A stretch of DNA of 64,000 nt, taken from assembly GCA_001179505.1 (NCBI GenBank), contig CDMY01000300.1:1-64000 (forward strand). Direction: 5' to 3'. The position numbers and the translations under genes are program-made. Every line of letters starts with the position of its first letter. The stretch's first letter is position 1. Of the stretch, positions 37,266 to 50,794 are shown piece after piece. Source of the stretch: Vitrella brassicaformis CCMP3155. Its lineage: Eukaryota > Protista > Chromerida. The notes below the pieces were generated by a model that had not been told where the DNA came from, searched no databases, and saw only the letters and a list, made by a program, of their open reading frames with translations.

Positions 37266-38619
37266 ATGGACGAGGAGCAAGAGGAGATGGAGAGGCTGAA
37301 CCAGCTTATCCAACGTACGTACGCAACACGCAGTTGCACGACTGTCTGTCTGTCTGTATGTCATCTGTATGTGTTGACAGATGAGAGTGAGGATGTGCTG
37401 ACATTCGCTCAAGTGGAGGAGCCGCCCGAAGGGGCGCCTGCTGACCAGGGAAGCCAGGAGGATATCTATGGTGACTTCGGAGAGTACGATGACGCCTTCC
37501 TCGGCATCGACACACCGCAGTACGTCCCCGCCCCTCCTGCTGAAGCCATCGGCGAGCCGGCAGGATCTGACGACCAGGCGGCGGATGCCGCACCAGGGCG
37601 TGCACCGTCCGATGCACCACCACCATCAGCAGCAGCAGGATCAGAGGGTGTGAGTCATGCCCCTGCAGCGGCAGGCGACGAGGAGGACGACAACACGGGA
37701 GGAGTCATGTTGGGGCTGGAGGGGACGATGCAGGACTTCCTCCAACACAGGGAACATGACGCGCCTGCAGCGGCAGCGGCAGCAGCAGCAGCAGGGTCGG
37801 GTGTGGGGGGGATTGGTGTGGCCCCTCGGCTGACGAGGAAGGACTCGAGTCTCACACACCCAGCCGAGCAGCCCAGCGAATACGCCGAGAAGGCTAGACA
37901 GGTCAGTCGGTCGGTGGGTGGGTGAGGTGGTGAGGGGGTGGCTCGGGAGGGACGCCGGGGAAGGAAGAAAGGAGGGCACGCACCATGGCATGGCAAGGGA
38001 GGGAGGGACATACATACTATGTGTTGTTGGTTTGTCATGGTGTGTGTGTAGGTGGTGTTGGTTATGGATGCGAATAACGACAAGCCGTGGCGCCAGTCGG
38101 GCCATGACGTGTCGGCATGGTTCAACTACGAATTCAACGAATACTCTTTCAGGGTCAGCCACACACCCCGCCAGCCAGCCAGCCCAACAGGACAGACACG
38201 CTATTATATCGACGTGTGCCGTCAACTTCGTCTGTGTGTGATCGATTGGTGTGTGTATTTACTAATCGCATTTGTTGCTGGTTTCCTTCCCCAGGAGTAC
38301 ATCTACCGTCAGATTGAGCAGCGGTATCAGCGCATCGAGAACCGCCAGATGGACATGCGGGAAGACGAACCATTCGCCCCGCCTTTCCAAGGTAGGTAGG
38401 GACACATGTAGATATCAATCACACACACGACCGCTATGTGTCAACCAACCTCGCACGATGGAGGCATCTAGTGGTGCGTCATTCATCGGTTGGTTCCCTT
38501 GTGTGTGTCTGATCAGGCCACGCCCCTCAGTTGCGTCCCCCACCTCCTCCCCCGCCGTACCCCCCACCCGACGCTGCTGATGGAGGGGGCGATTACAAGA
38601 GACGAAGACTCGCATGACC
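37266..38619 (+). CDS. FIP1: Pre-mRNA 3'-end processing factor FIP1
   Basis: DKPWRQSGHDVSAWFNYEFNEYSFR|EYIYRQ matches the Fip1 motif, with an acidic N-terminus and a Pro-rich, basic C-terminus. Confidence 0.88.
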
Positions 38620-39005
38620 CACTCACCTCCTGTGTGGGTGCTGCCTAGTATATGGGTGCATTGCATCCATGAACCAACATGGGCGAAATGATCGCTCGTC
38701 GGACATCCATGCCATACCGGTGTGTAAGTGGTTGCGTCCGTGCTGTGCTGTGCTATGGACTGGTGTACGTACGTAGACTGGAGGAGGGAGGGAGGAGGGA
38801 CATGCTCTGTGTTGGCGGACCGGACACAGCTTGGTGCTCAACCACTAGCCGATGCGTACATCCATAGGGTGGGTACGAATCAAAGGCCCGATTTGATTTG
38901 ATTTATGCACAGCCAGTCAGTCTGTCTCTATGTACATGCAATGTCATGCAATGCAATGCAATGCAATGCAGGTAAGCGGCGCCAGTGAGTGGGTGGGTGA
39001 GTGAG

Positions 39006-42000
39006 TTATCCATTGGGATGGGGTCGATATTGCCGGGGCAGCCATGTGTGTGGAGTGCGGGGCAGCTCCTCCACACGATGGCGGCCCTCACCACGATAGC
39101 TAACCGGACTCGACTGGTACTCCTGAGAACCCATACGCTCATCTAAACACACACACAGCCGGCAGGAGTGAATCAACAAACAGGCCAGGTCATCGATCCA
39201 TCCATCCATCCCCGTGTGTGTCGTTGGTTGTTGGCTGACCCATGGGGTGTCGTTGATGTGGTGTTGTGGTGTCCCTGTGGGGTATGGGGGGCTGAGCGGG
39301 CAGCTCCTCAGACGCCTCGGACTGGCCGCCCGCACGACGCATCACCTCCTTCTTCACCTGAACGATGACACGGATGGATGGATGAATCAGTGAATGACAC
39401 ACAGCACCCACCCCCACGCAATGCATTGGGTTGGATGGAAAGTGACGTGACGTACGTACCGCATGCTTGATCTCGCTTTTCAAGTCCCTTTCCATTTGCT
39501 GGCGCATGAGCCTCATCTCCTCGGCATGTGTGGCCACCTGCCGCTCCACATGGTCCAGCCTACTGCTGTTCTCATACACTGCCGCACGCTGCTCAGCCAC
39601 CTCCTTCTTGAGCGCAACCATCGGAGCAAACAGACCCTTGACGTAATCTTCCAAAGACTCACCCGCCTTGGGCAATCCCACCGGCGCCAAAGCAGTCGTC
39701 GAAGACGATAGCTGGGAGACGTCATCGCGGCGCAGTGCCAGCCCTTCTGGCGCCGGTAGAAGATCCCTAGAGTTGGGGCGGCTGTCCGGCTCCTCCACCA
39801 CCACCCTCCCCCTGTCCCTCCCCCAGCCAACATTGCTGACATGACGATGGTCCACATAGTCTTGACGGCGGCTGCTCCCCTGCAGACTAGGCACGTCCTC
39901 ATACCGCGGCTGAGACACCTCCACCACCCTCGGCTCCATCGGATGACGACCGTACGCCCCACCGTAGTGGTCCACGGGCTCCTTTCTCGGCCGGTGTAGG
40001 TGACCCACAGGTGCGTGGGTATCATCCTGGTATGGCGTGGGTTCTTCTTCCGCGACCACCGTGGGGTGATGGGCGGGTCGGGTGTGGAGAGGGGGCACGG
40101 CGGGGTGGATGTTGAACTCAGTGTGGCGGGCCCTGTCGTCCCGCACAAGACGCAGCCGGGCTTGCGGAAAGGCCCGAGATGCAAACGCACCCCCACCCGA
40201 CATATCCACCTCTGCCGGTCGATCACCGCCCACCCCTTGGTGGCTCTCCCGCCTTGCTGTCGAGCGGTGCATGTGCCGATCGTCGGGCCCCTCTGACGGT
40301 GGGATGCGCTGGTGTGAGGGGGTCGGTTGGTGGCCCACCCCACGCTGGTCCTCTCCGGCTGGGTATCGCTCCTTGTGTCTGCTCCAATCGCCACCACCAC
40401 GTGTGTCACGGTGCCTGGGGCCCGGACTGATGTCGAAACGCACTGGCTTTGGCCTCACATCGCGGAGGCTGGCGGGAGGGGGCGGCTGAGTCGGCTCCTG
40501 AGAGGCTTGAGGCACAGCTTGACGATAACGGGGCGGCTCAGTGGGCGTCTCGACCGCCTTTGCTGCGGCGTGTCCTCGTGGCGATGTAGTAGCCAGAATG
40601 ACCGATGGACGTGCGGTGGGAGTTATGAGCTGCTCCTGGTGGTGCTGTTGCGATGGAGCCCGGGGCGTCACCGAACGAGGCGTCTTGTCAACCATCCTGT
40701 CGGTCATGTCACACAGCACCATCAGACAAGACACCGATCGGCCGATACATAGACAGACAGACAGACATCCTGCGCTGTGGGTGTGGTGTGTGTATACATA
40801 CATACATACATGTGCTTCCTCCCTTCCTCCCTTCCTTCCTTCCTTCCTTCCTTCCTTCGAGTCAGTCAGGTCAGGTTGGTGAGGTCCCTCACCCCCCCCC
40901 CCCAGCCCCCCAGCCCCCCACCCACTTACCTGTCAAGTCGTGCATGAAGGTCCTTGACCATGAGCAGGACGCTGTCTTCGTCGGGGTTCCATGGGGGAGC
41001 GGTGGATTGAGGGGAGCCGGGCGAGCCCTTGGGTGTCACGGGCGCCTTGGATGACAGCTCACCCGACCGCCCACCGGCATCACTAGGGGTGCGAACCTTG
41101 TCACCCACCTCGCCTACCGACTGGGAGTCGGTCGACACCTGCAATGGCCGCCGCTGCTCCACAAGGAGACCGCATGACGACTTGCCGCCCGTGGGCGTCC
41201 GCCCCGCAGACGCGGCCGACGTGGCGGCGACAAAGGACCCGGACGGAGTCACAACCGCATGCTGATGCCGCTGCTGCCGCTGGTGGTGGTGGTGTTTTTG
41301 TTGTTCCTCAGCAGGCGACGGCGGTGCCTGAGGAGCATCACCTTCAGCGGTTGTGAGCGTCGGCGGCTTCGGCACTAGTGGCAGCGTCGTCGACCCGGCA
41401 GCGGCAGTGCCATAGATGGCATGTAGAGGGCTGATTGTGCTCGAGTTGACGCCACTGCCACTTGTGACGGACCCGCTCCAGCCACTGCTCTCGTGCAGAC
41501 TCTTGGCCTGCTTGCGGTCAAGTCGCCGGCGGTAAAACTCAGCGCTGCCCAGCCTCTTGTCGTTCTCGGGCAGATCCTCCTTGCGTATGGGAATAGGAGA
41601 GGGCGGGTCGCCGCTGTCATCCGCCACATCACCAACACCACTGGCCTCAACTGCCTTGCCCTCATGGCCGGTGCCCATCGAACCAGGTGCGTCAGCCGCA
41701 TGGCCCTCGGCCGGCGGGCTGTCAAGCGGCAACATGCCGAACGTCTCGCCATCGGTCGAATCGCTGTGGGGCTGGTGCGGTGCCTCGTTGGCCCCATAGC
41801 CACCAGCAGATGAATCCCTCTCCGCGTGACTCGCCCTCCTCTCTTTGGCCTCTTTGCGGTTGCGTGTCCCACCGACCGCCTCGCGCTTGCGCTGCTGTGA
41901 GTGCATGGTCGTCAGGTCGGGCCTGGTGGATCGTTGGTGAGCTGTGTAAGAGGGTGGGGGCGTCCTGCTGCGGAGATAATGCTGCTGCTGCTGCTTGCCA

Positions 42001-43640
42001 CCCTTGGTCGGCTCATGTGCTTGCTGGGTCGCTCTCGGCGGCGGCGTGAGAGGCCGCCGTGGGTGGCCGTGAGCCCGATCAGCTCTCCTCCACGACGGGG
42101 CCGCACCGGTACCGCCAGACGCCTTGACGGAGCGGCCGGGATGGAGATGTCCCTTAGCCTGCCAATCGATAGACACACCGACAGGTAGGTAGGTGTTGGC
42201 TATGTATGGCCTGCCTTCCTGCCTTGGTTACTTACTGGTATGATGCTATGTCGAGGTGAGGCCCTTGGGGCCTGGATCGCCCCGCCACTCTGCCGTGAAT
42301 TGCCACTTGCAGCAGCAGGCGCACTTGCACCAGACCCTTTGGTGTCATCAGTCCTTCGGGTGACGGTCTGCTTGGGCGGTTGTCGTCTGGGTGTGGGTCC
42401 GCGGGAGCGGGATGTCTCGCGGGACGTGTGGCGAACTGACTCGTCCGTGAGGGAATCGGTCCCCGTGGCGATGTTGGGGGCCGCCGACGAGGGGGGCTGG
42501 GGCCACGGGGCAGCAAAACTCGTGGGGCTGAAGCAGACCAAATCAACGAACGGGCAAAGGAAACAAACGATAAAGGGTGGATTGGAATATATGACACACA
42601 GTGTGCACCACACCACAGCACAGCACAGCACACATGGCAGGACCAATCAATGAATGAATACAGAGGCATGGATGTATGTATGGATGTATGTGGTTCTGCC
42701 AGTGTGTCAGTGGTTTTCTTCTCACCGTTCTGACGGCCGTGTCTTCTTGGGGCTGCCAACCTCGTCCACGGCAGGGGACGCGCTGAAATCACATATATGT
42801 ATGACATACGACGGACGCCAAAACAGACCGACAGGCAGACAGACAGACAGTCGGCATCCACCATGCTTATGTGCGTCCGTGCGGTGCGGTGCGTAGGTAC
42901 CCTTCCTTGGCAGCAGGAGTGCGTTGTGAGTCTTTCGAGCCGCGGGCAGGTGCGTCCAGGCGATCTCCTCCTTTGGGCGTGGTGACGGCAGTCCCTGCAT
43001 CTGCTGTGGGGCATGTGTGCGGCTCCATCGCCCCCGCCGCACGGGCGGTGGTGGTGGCCTTGGTCCTGATGCTACTTGGCCGACCCACTCCTGTCTGTCC
43101 GCGGCCCCCCTCCCTTGGCCCCATCGTGTCCCTCCCTCTGTCGGCCCTCTCGCCACTGGCACCCCCTCCACCACCAGCCCCCGCCGCCGCCCTACTATCG
43201 GTTCTCTTGGTCCTGTGCTTGGCAGGTCGGTGTGGGGGGTGGAGTGGGTCATGCTCCTTCCTGGGAAGTGGTGTGTCATCGTCTTCAGAGGCGCCTCGTG
43301 AGGTGGCGCTGCCGCTGCGCGACCGGTGTGCCAGGCGACACATGGCCGTGTGCTTGGCCAACACCTTGGGCGAGAACCGCGTGTCGCAATGGGGACACAA
43401 CTCGAAGTCTATCGGCAGACCCGCCGCGTCCACACGACGCTGCTGGGCATTGTACCTGCCCGCAACCAGGCACAGCCGCCAAAGACACAAGGCACAGGCA
43501 GCCGAGCCACCTAAGTACTGAGTGTTATTCCCCTTGTTTCTGTGTGGCTGCCCTGCCTACCTTTCTGTGTCCGTGTTGGGCGGTGCATTTGTGTTTCTTG
43601 AGGGCCTCCTGGTTGAAGCTTCTGCCGCACTTGTCACACA
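39006..43640 (-). CDS. Long low-complexity multi-exon gene with two C2HC zinc fingers at its 5' end and a short coiled coil near its 3' end; 5'-truncated
   Basis: CDKCGRSFNQEALKKHKC and CPHCDTRFSPKVLAKHTAMC; large ORFs at 40926-42176 and 39190-40803; coiled coil VALKKEVAEQRAAVYENSSRLDHVERQV. Confidence 0.55.
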
Positions 43641-43745
43641 TGATGCGGCTGTCCTTCGCTGCCTCGCCCGATGCCTCGGTGGCCCCGCCACCGACTCGAT
43701 AATGGCCATAGGGTCCTGCAGGAGGGGACGGATAGGCTCCTCATC
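43041..43745 (+). repeat. Direct repeat copy 1 (~705 bp; partner 56803-57505) carrying both zinc-finger exons
   Basis: Near-identical nucleotide and translated sequence; a 2-nt insertion (ggccccgcc vs ggccgcc) in this copy near 43683. Confidence 0.95.
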
Positions 43746-44254
43746 CATGCAGCAGGTCCAGACGTCACTCACGCCAGCCACACCCATCCATGGCCAGCAG
43801 GTCCAGCCGACGCGAGAGGCATGCGAGAGGGGAGGGGAGGAGAGGAAGCCTAGGGGCTGCTGGTGTCGCTCTCGGCCGCCTCACGGATGATGGATGGTCT
43901 GGACGGCTCGTCGCTCACTCAGTCACTCACGGGAGGGGAGGGGCGAGGCGAAGGTGGCTCTTCTTAACGCCGATATCAGTCAGCTTCTGGTACGTCTGGG
44001 GGGGCGCGACCGGTCGTCGGTCGGCTCAACTCAGCGGGCTGAGCGACTTGCTGCGTCTGGCAGGTCTGGGGGGGCGCCGTCAGCACCATCTTATACACTT
44101 GGCTCACTCAGTCACACAGGCGAGGGGCGGGGCGGGGAGGGGCGGGGCGAAGCGGGGCGAGGGTGACGGGGGCGGATGGGGGACGGGGGGAAGAAGCGGT
44201 CGACTGCCTCCGGCGCGCGGCAAACACCACCCACACGAGGCTGCCGACCGCCCC

Positions 44255-44954
44255 TCAGTGGAAGAGCGATTTGGTGACGCGGGCGATCTCGTCGCCCGCA
44301 GCCGCCAAGTGAGCGCCCGCCATCCTCATCCCCCGAATCGCCCCCCGCCCCAGCTCCACGCAGCAGCAGGCTTCCTTGGGCGGCGCCCACGTGACCATCC
44401 ACAGCCTGCCGTCGCGCTCCCAGTGGGCGATGTCCCACTGGGTGAGGGCACTGGCATACCAGCCGTTGTCGCCCTCACCCCAGGTGGACACCGGCACCAC
44501 CAGGATCTTCTTGCTGCTAGGGCAGGCCGTGGTGGGAGTGGCTGCCGCTTTCTGCATGACAGCGGATTGCCCAGACAGCACAGCACAGCAGAACGTCAAG
44601 TGTTGTTTATGTAGGTAGATAGGTCTGTAGATGTACCTGGCGGCTGTACGACTCAACGTCGTAGTTCATGTTCTTCATGTCCTTCCCCTCCTGGGTGCCC
44701 CGCACGGACTCCAGGAAGGCCTTGCACTCCTGCAGGCAGTGAGCAGACAAAAATTGTTGGTTGATGCTCGTGCTGGCCCGCGCTGTGCGGTGTGCCTCCC
44801 GTCCCTTGCTCACTGCCGGGTGCTCGCGCCTCAGGCGCTGGTACTTGAGCACGTAGGCCTCCCTGGAGTCCTTGTACACGTCGGGCACCTCGATGCCCCT
44901 ACTCATCAGGGTCTGCCTGAGGGCAGCAGCAGCGGGCGTCCGGATTGGCGGCAT
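44255..44954 (-). CDS. Small 3-exon hypothetical protein
   Basis: MPPIRTPAAAALRQTLMSRGIEVPDVYKDSREAYVLKYQRL...|ECKAFLESVRG...YSRQ|...KKILVVPVSTWGEGDNGWYASALTQWDIAHWERDGRLWMV...LFH*. Confidence 0.55.
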
Positions 44955-45018
44955 CCTCTCTTCCCTCTCTCTCTCTCTCTTTCTTTTTCTCTCCCTCTCT
45001 CTGCGAGCTCGGGATCGG

Positions 45019-45204
45019 ATGATGCGAGCTCAATGGCTTTTCGGGATCTGGATGAGAGGCTTCGACTCGAGGAGCCACTGGAAGTACCTGCGGCTCAAGC
45101 CACTGCAAGGGCCCACCAGTGAGGACGAGAAGATTGCTGGTAGCAGGAACATTCATGTTGCGTCTGTGAATGCATTTCAGGAGTGGCTTGCTCACAATGA
45201 CTGA
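45019..45204 (+). CDS. Possible small 61-aa protein
   Basis: MMRAQWLFGIWMRGFDSRSHWKYLRLKPLQGPTSEDEK...LAHND*. It starts 64 bp head-to-head with the previous gene, and microsatellite 3' sequence follows. Confidence 0.35.
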   Translation: MMRAQWLFGIWMRGFDSRSHWKYLRLKPLQGPTSEDEKIAGSRNIHVASVNAFQEWLAHND

Positions 45205-45729
45205 TTCATCACCATGGCCGGGCCGCCACTGATCATGGCCACCAGCGCATAGCATGAGGGGTGTGGTGTGGCACAGACAGATCAGAGAGTGAGTGAGTGG
45301 CGCTATCTGTGCATTGCAATGAGTGCTCTTGACGGTCCCTGCGAGTAAGGCACTCACAAGGTGCGTCAGTCAGTGCACGAGAAGCAGCCTGGCCATCTCA
45401 TCTGCACACACACACTCACTCCCACCAATACAGATGTACACATACGTTTGCAGCACAACACAACACAACGCAATGCAATCAATGCATTCCAGACAGACAC
45501 CGACGGCATCAGTCAGTCAGTCAGCCCGGCCCCTAATCACTCAGTCGCCTCCCCTATTCACACACACACTCCCTCAGACCACATCCCTCTGCACTGCACT
45601 GCACTGACCCTCCCGCTCAGCGCCAGGCACTCTCTCTCTCTCTCTGCCTGTCCACCTGCCTCCCCCTCCCGCACCGCTGTGTGCCGTCTACTGTCCCCTG
45701 CCGTGTTGCTGCTGCTGCTGCTGCCATGG

Positions 45730-48700
45730 CTAGCCTGGCATGCTTGGCCTCGTCGTTGGAGGCGGTCGCCAGAGGGACGGTCGCGGCCTCGTGGCGCCCG
45801 TGTTTGGGTGTGGGTGGCCGGCAGTGTTGGGCGGAATGGGTGCCATGGGGTTGTGCGGTGGAATGAGAGGGAGGCCGCCATGGGCGATCGGCGGGGGTGT
45901 GAAGGCGATGCCGCCAAGAGGCGGGCAGAACAGAGGAAGCTGCATGAGTGGGGGTGGGGGTGGGGGTGGAGGTGGGGCAGGGGCAGGGGGATCTTCGTCC
46001 AAGTCCATGTGATCCGCTGTCGTATCCCGGATTTCATTGTGGGTTGGTTGTCGTATGGCAGCTGAGCCGTTGAGCTGTGGGGATGGGCCCGCCGTTGACG
46101 CACCGGCTCCCGAACCAGACGGGCTCTGTCCGCTGGGTGGCTGAGGGGCCTGCGGGGGCATCGTGAGCAGTGGGCGAGCAACACCCTTCATGTCACAGCA
46201 CAGACAGACAGACAGAGATGCACATCATGTTCAACTTGCATCGGCTGCGCCCTCCTTGCCCCTCACTGTTTGTTGTGTAGATTACCTGCTGGTGGTGGGA
46301 AGGGGATGTGGCCACACCTGCTCCAGATGCGCCGACCATCATCTGCAGCGATTGACGGGCTGCTGACATGGCAGCGTCACTCGGAGGGCGGGGCAGCATG
46401 GGGACCGGGCGAGCATCCTGCATTGATTGCATCGCACAGACAGACAGACAGACACAGAGACACATACACGAGTGCGCCGCCAGTCCGTTGTGCAATTCCC
46501 TCGGCTGCCTATCTATCAGTTTGTGTGTGTGTACCTGCTGCCCGCCCGTCGTCTGAGGGACAGCTACAGCTACTCTAGGTACGCCAAACATCTGCAATGG
46601 AGTGGAGCCACACAGACACGATTACGAACCACAGCGACATGACAATGCCTTTGATGTCTGTGTGTCTGTTGCCATCGTACCGGTACTGGTGGTGCATTGG
46701 ATGGAGCGGCATCGTCGCCTTGTGGTGCAGCGAGAGCGGCTGCCGACCCATCAGCATCATCATCCCCACGATGACCATCTTCGTCCATCTGCTGGCCGCT
46801 GGGCAAGGCAGCCTCGCCAGGAAATGCCACGGCCGCTGCCCTCTCCTCCTCCCGATGGGCCTCAGGCACGGAGGATGGCAAGGGCACCTGCGTGAACAAC
46901 ACAATCCATAAGAGGGAGTCGTTCTTGAGAATGCAGAGGGGATCTGATCATTCACTGTGCTGTGCTGCTGTCGCTTCCTCACCGCATTCGTGGCCGCGTC
47001 GGCCCCATTCATCTGCATCAGACCGTCAGCCTCACGCACCACCACATGCCTCTCCCCCACCGCACTGCCCTCTCCCTCTCGCTGCTGTACATCCGCCACC
47101 CGGTGGTCTCCATCCTCCTCTAAAGCGGTGTCCTCATCGCCTGCCCTCTCCGCCCTGCCGGCTGCCTCCCCGCCGCTCTCTGCTGGTGCCATGTGGGCGC
47201 CAGGTGCGCGGGCCATGGTGGCTGTGTCGGCAGGGGGCGCCTCTCTGGTCTCGTTAGTGGAGAGAGGGGCGGGGGCTGCGGCAGAAAGGTCCTGGGACGA
47301 AGGAACACCTGCAGCTGCTGCCGCGGCGGCACCATCCCGAGACGACGCTGCTGCCGCTGCTGGCGAAAAGGCCTGACCACCTTGGCCAGGCAAATCGGCT
47401 GCGTCAGGTGACGACAGCACCGCCCCACTCTCGCCCACCGCACTGCCCTCTCCCTCCCCCTGCTGTCGCTTGCCCTCCTCGTCCATTGGGGCCGCCTCAG
47501 GCGCCTCTCCTGCCCTCTCCGCCTCGCCGGTGCTCTCTGCCGCTGCCATGAGGACATCGCCATCACCGCCACCCTTAGTAGCCGCGTCGACCATGCTGAC
47601 TTCACCGGCAGGGGGCGTGGGCGAGAGAGGGGCGGGGGCAGCCGCAGGATGGTGCCGGGAAGAAGAAGAAGCAGCAGGTGCTGCCGCAGCATCATCCCGG
47701 GACGATGCGGCTGCCGCTGCTGTCGAGCCCTCAACGCCGACATGCTCCGCTTTGGCCCTCTTCGCTGGCGGCGACTCTATGTCGTCCTCCTCTCCCTGTT
47801 GCCGTGCCCTGGCAGCCGTGGCGATGAGCGGTGGGGGTGGGCTTGAAGCAGCAGCAGCAGCTGCTGCTGCTGCTGGTGCGATGGCGGGGGGCTGTGAAGC
47901 GGTGTACGCGTTGATCACGATCTGCTGGATGGCCCTGATGCGCGTGTCCAGCTCGACAAGACCCCCTTGAAGCCTCTGGTGCGGCATCTCGGCCAGGCAC
48001 TCCCTCACCACCCGCATCAGCTCCTCACCCACACAATTTGCCCACCTCATGCACGGCTCCTGGCGGAACAGCAAGGGGCGACAATGGCGAGGCTCGATCC
48101 AATCCTCATCCCACCGGAATGTGGGCTCGCTGGCGCCCGGCGGGAGGACCTCGTTGACCACCTGCGGCCACGTCAGGCCATTCTCCACAGCCAGCAGCTG
48201 GGTCCTACACTGCAATTCGGCGTCCGAGCGAGACCACACGAGAGGGTTGCCCCTCTCCATGTAAGTCTTCGTGGAGACGCCGGTGAGCAGTGACAGGAGC
48301 TCTTGGCCGGCAGCGCAGACGAGGGCAGCCTCCCCCACCCACATCCGAGCACTGCGCACCTTCTGGCCCGTCCCGTCCGTGCCGTCGTAGTACAAGTGAT
48401 GCTCATTCAGCTTAGCCCTGAGGGCGCGGCCCTTCTCCTCGATCCCCTCGATCCTCCGCCCATCGGTCAGGGCGCACACCCCTTCCCATCCGTGAAGCGC
48501 TTTGGCGAGCCTCTCCTCCTTCGCGTTGGCGGTGCCCTCGCTGACGCGGTGTCTGGCCGCTTCGATGGCCGCCCTCTCGTCCTCGTACTGCTTGGCCAGC
48601 ATGGCCGCCACCTCGGGCGCGTAGTAGTGTGGTGTGACGGTCCACGGCCGGTCGCGCAAGGAGGCCTCCTTGTCGATGGTGGCGAGGACAGCCAGCCGGC

Positions 48701-49850
48701 CGAGGGGGGCGTGTTCAGGTGGCGGCGGGTCTGAGGGCTTCCGCCGGAGGGCATGACCCATATCCAGCATGCGCAGGTCTGGCGATAGGATGCTGCGGTT
48801 GTCTCCTGTTAGGGCGTCGGAGACGGGAGGGAGGGGCTGCTGCTGCTGCTGGTGGCTGGCGTTGGGGGGCAAGTCGACCGACGGCGCCTCCTCTATTGGC
48901 GGGATCCTGACGAGAGAGTCCTTGTGGATGTTGTCGATGGCGAGAAGGCCGAGCTGCACTCCACTGTCGAGGAGGCGGATGATTCCCCGCCGCAACTCCA
49001 GCACCAGTAGGACACGACGCATGAGAAAGTGCTGGATGTGGGGGAGGGCAATCTCCTCACTCGAGAAGGCCTGGCTGTCCTCCATGAGCGAGATGCATCC
49101 ATCCAGCTCTTCGCAGTCGCCGAACACATCTGGTTGCAACACAACACAACACAACACAACAGAGCACCGACAGCAAATAGGGTGGACAGACACATCGAAC
49201 GGATGGATGGAATGAATCAATCAGTGGGCCCTAGCTGTGCATTCCTCACTCACTCAGATCTATCTCTGGCATACTGAAGCCGAAGACACGAAACAGCTTC
49301 GGCCCTTCCTCCTCGCCCAGCGGCTCCCGCCCCTCCTGCAGGCTGATGAACAGGCCCGTCCTGGCCTGTTGCTGCTCCCTGACCTTCCCCTTGCCCTCGA
49401 GGAAATCATCCAGAACGGGCAAAAAGGGCCGCGACTCGTGTGGGATGTTGCGGCCGCTGAGGCCCTTCTCAAGGAACCGCATGGTCCGCACCTCTTGCTG
49501 CAGCGCCATGTACTTCTTGCCCTCTGCTGGTGACATCCTTGTGATCATGGGCTCCTCAAATGCCATTAGCTTCCACACAGTCCTGTCCATTCAATCCATG
49601 CATTCATCCAGAGTGCTGTTCTTTCTTTGCTTCGTGACCCTCTCTTTCCACCGAGTGCCCTCACTCACTTGTCGAGGCCATCGACCTTGTAGATCTTTGC
49701 GTTGGCGCCCTGCCCGACCTCTCTGGCTTCTCCCAGCACCCTCACAGGCGGCCGCCCCATCACTGGTGGCACATCTCGGTCCTGATCCGCCAACTCAAAC
49801 TCCTTCAGAAACATCCTCGCCAACTGCTGCTTCGGCGGCTGCTCATCCAT
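45730..49850 (-). CDS. Divergent protein kinase-like (possible pseudokinase) with a long Ala/Pro-rich C-terminal tail
   Basis: EVGQGANAKIYKV (G-loop), VWKL, QQEVRTMRFL (alphaC Glu), LLAIDNIHKDSLV (degenerate catalytic loop), LDMG, TPHYYAPE, QELLSLLTG, VVRECLAEMPHQR. Confidence 0.7.
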
Positions 49851-49996
49851 CACCACACTATGGCCATGACTCCAGCTGCCGGGTTTGGGTCAAGGGTTCT
49901 GGTGAGTTTTCACAGAAAAGCGTTCTCTAAACCGAACCGCCGCGGTGCGGAGTTTTCGCCTTGTCCGAGCGAAGATCCAAGAAGGATAAGCGCACA

Positions 49997-50763
49997 ATGG
50001 AGACCGAGAGCAAGGAGGAGCAGCACGACGCTGTTCAGGAAATCATGGAACGCTACGGTTGGATGTCATTGACGGTAAGCCCGAAGACCGCAGGTGGGTG
50101 GCATGCTCAATTGACTGACGGCTTTGTGCAGGACCTCACCCAGGTGGCATCTTCAGAGCTCACCAATCTGCTGCAGGAGCTGGGCAAAGAGGGCCACACT
50201 GTCAAGCGCACTCAATCGAAGGTCAATGGCACCAGAACTACAGAGGCAGACAGGCAGACAGGCAGGCAGGCAGACATGCTTCGGCCACCTCACTTCATTT
50301 ATGCATTCTGTTGCTTGCTTTTGCTGGAGGTCGCTGAGTTGTTTAGGCGGCTGGTGCACGAGGTGACGCGCCGACTGCAGAACCCGCCGCTCACCACACA
50401 ACCCAGGTGAGAAGGGAGAGAGAACGGCCCGACAAAGGTGCATGCTCCCACGTACCTGTGCAGTGCGCCGCGTGGCCGCGGGGCGCCGCCTGGGCCCCCT
50501 CCTGGCATCAACCAACACAAGGAGCCCTCAATAGTCATGTTGTACAAGTGAGCAGCGACAGAGAACAAAAAACCACCATACATGCTGTCCTTCATCTGTG
50601 TGTGGTGTCGCTGCCTCTGCGTGTACCCAGGTGTCGCGACGTCAACCTGTTCGTAGAAGACCTGCAAAGCAAGATTTCGCTCATGCAAACTCTCGCGCGC
50701 CAGGAGCAGCGGGTACGCTGCCAGCCTCCCACAAGCATGCACACAACCACACAACACACACAC

Positions 50764-50794
<31 letters not shown>

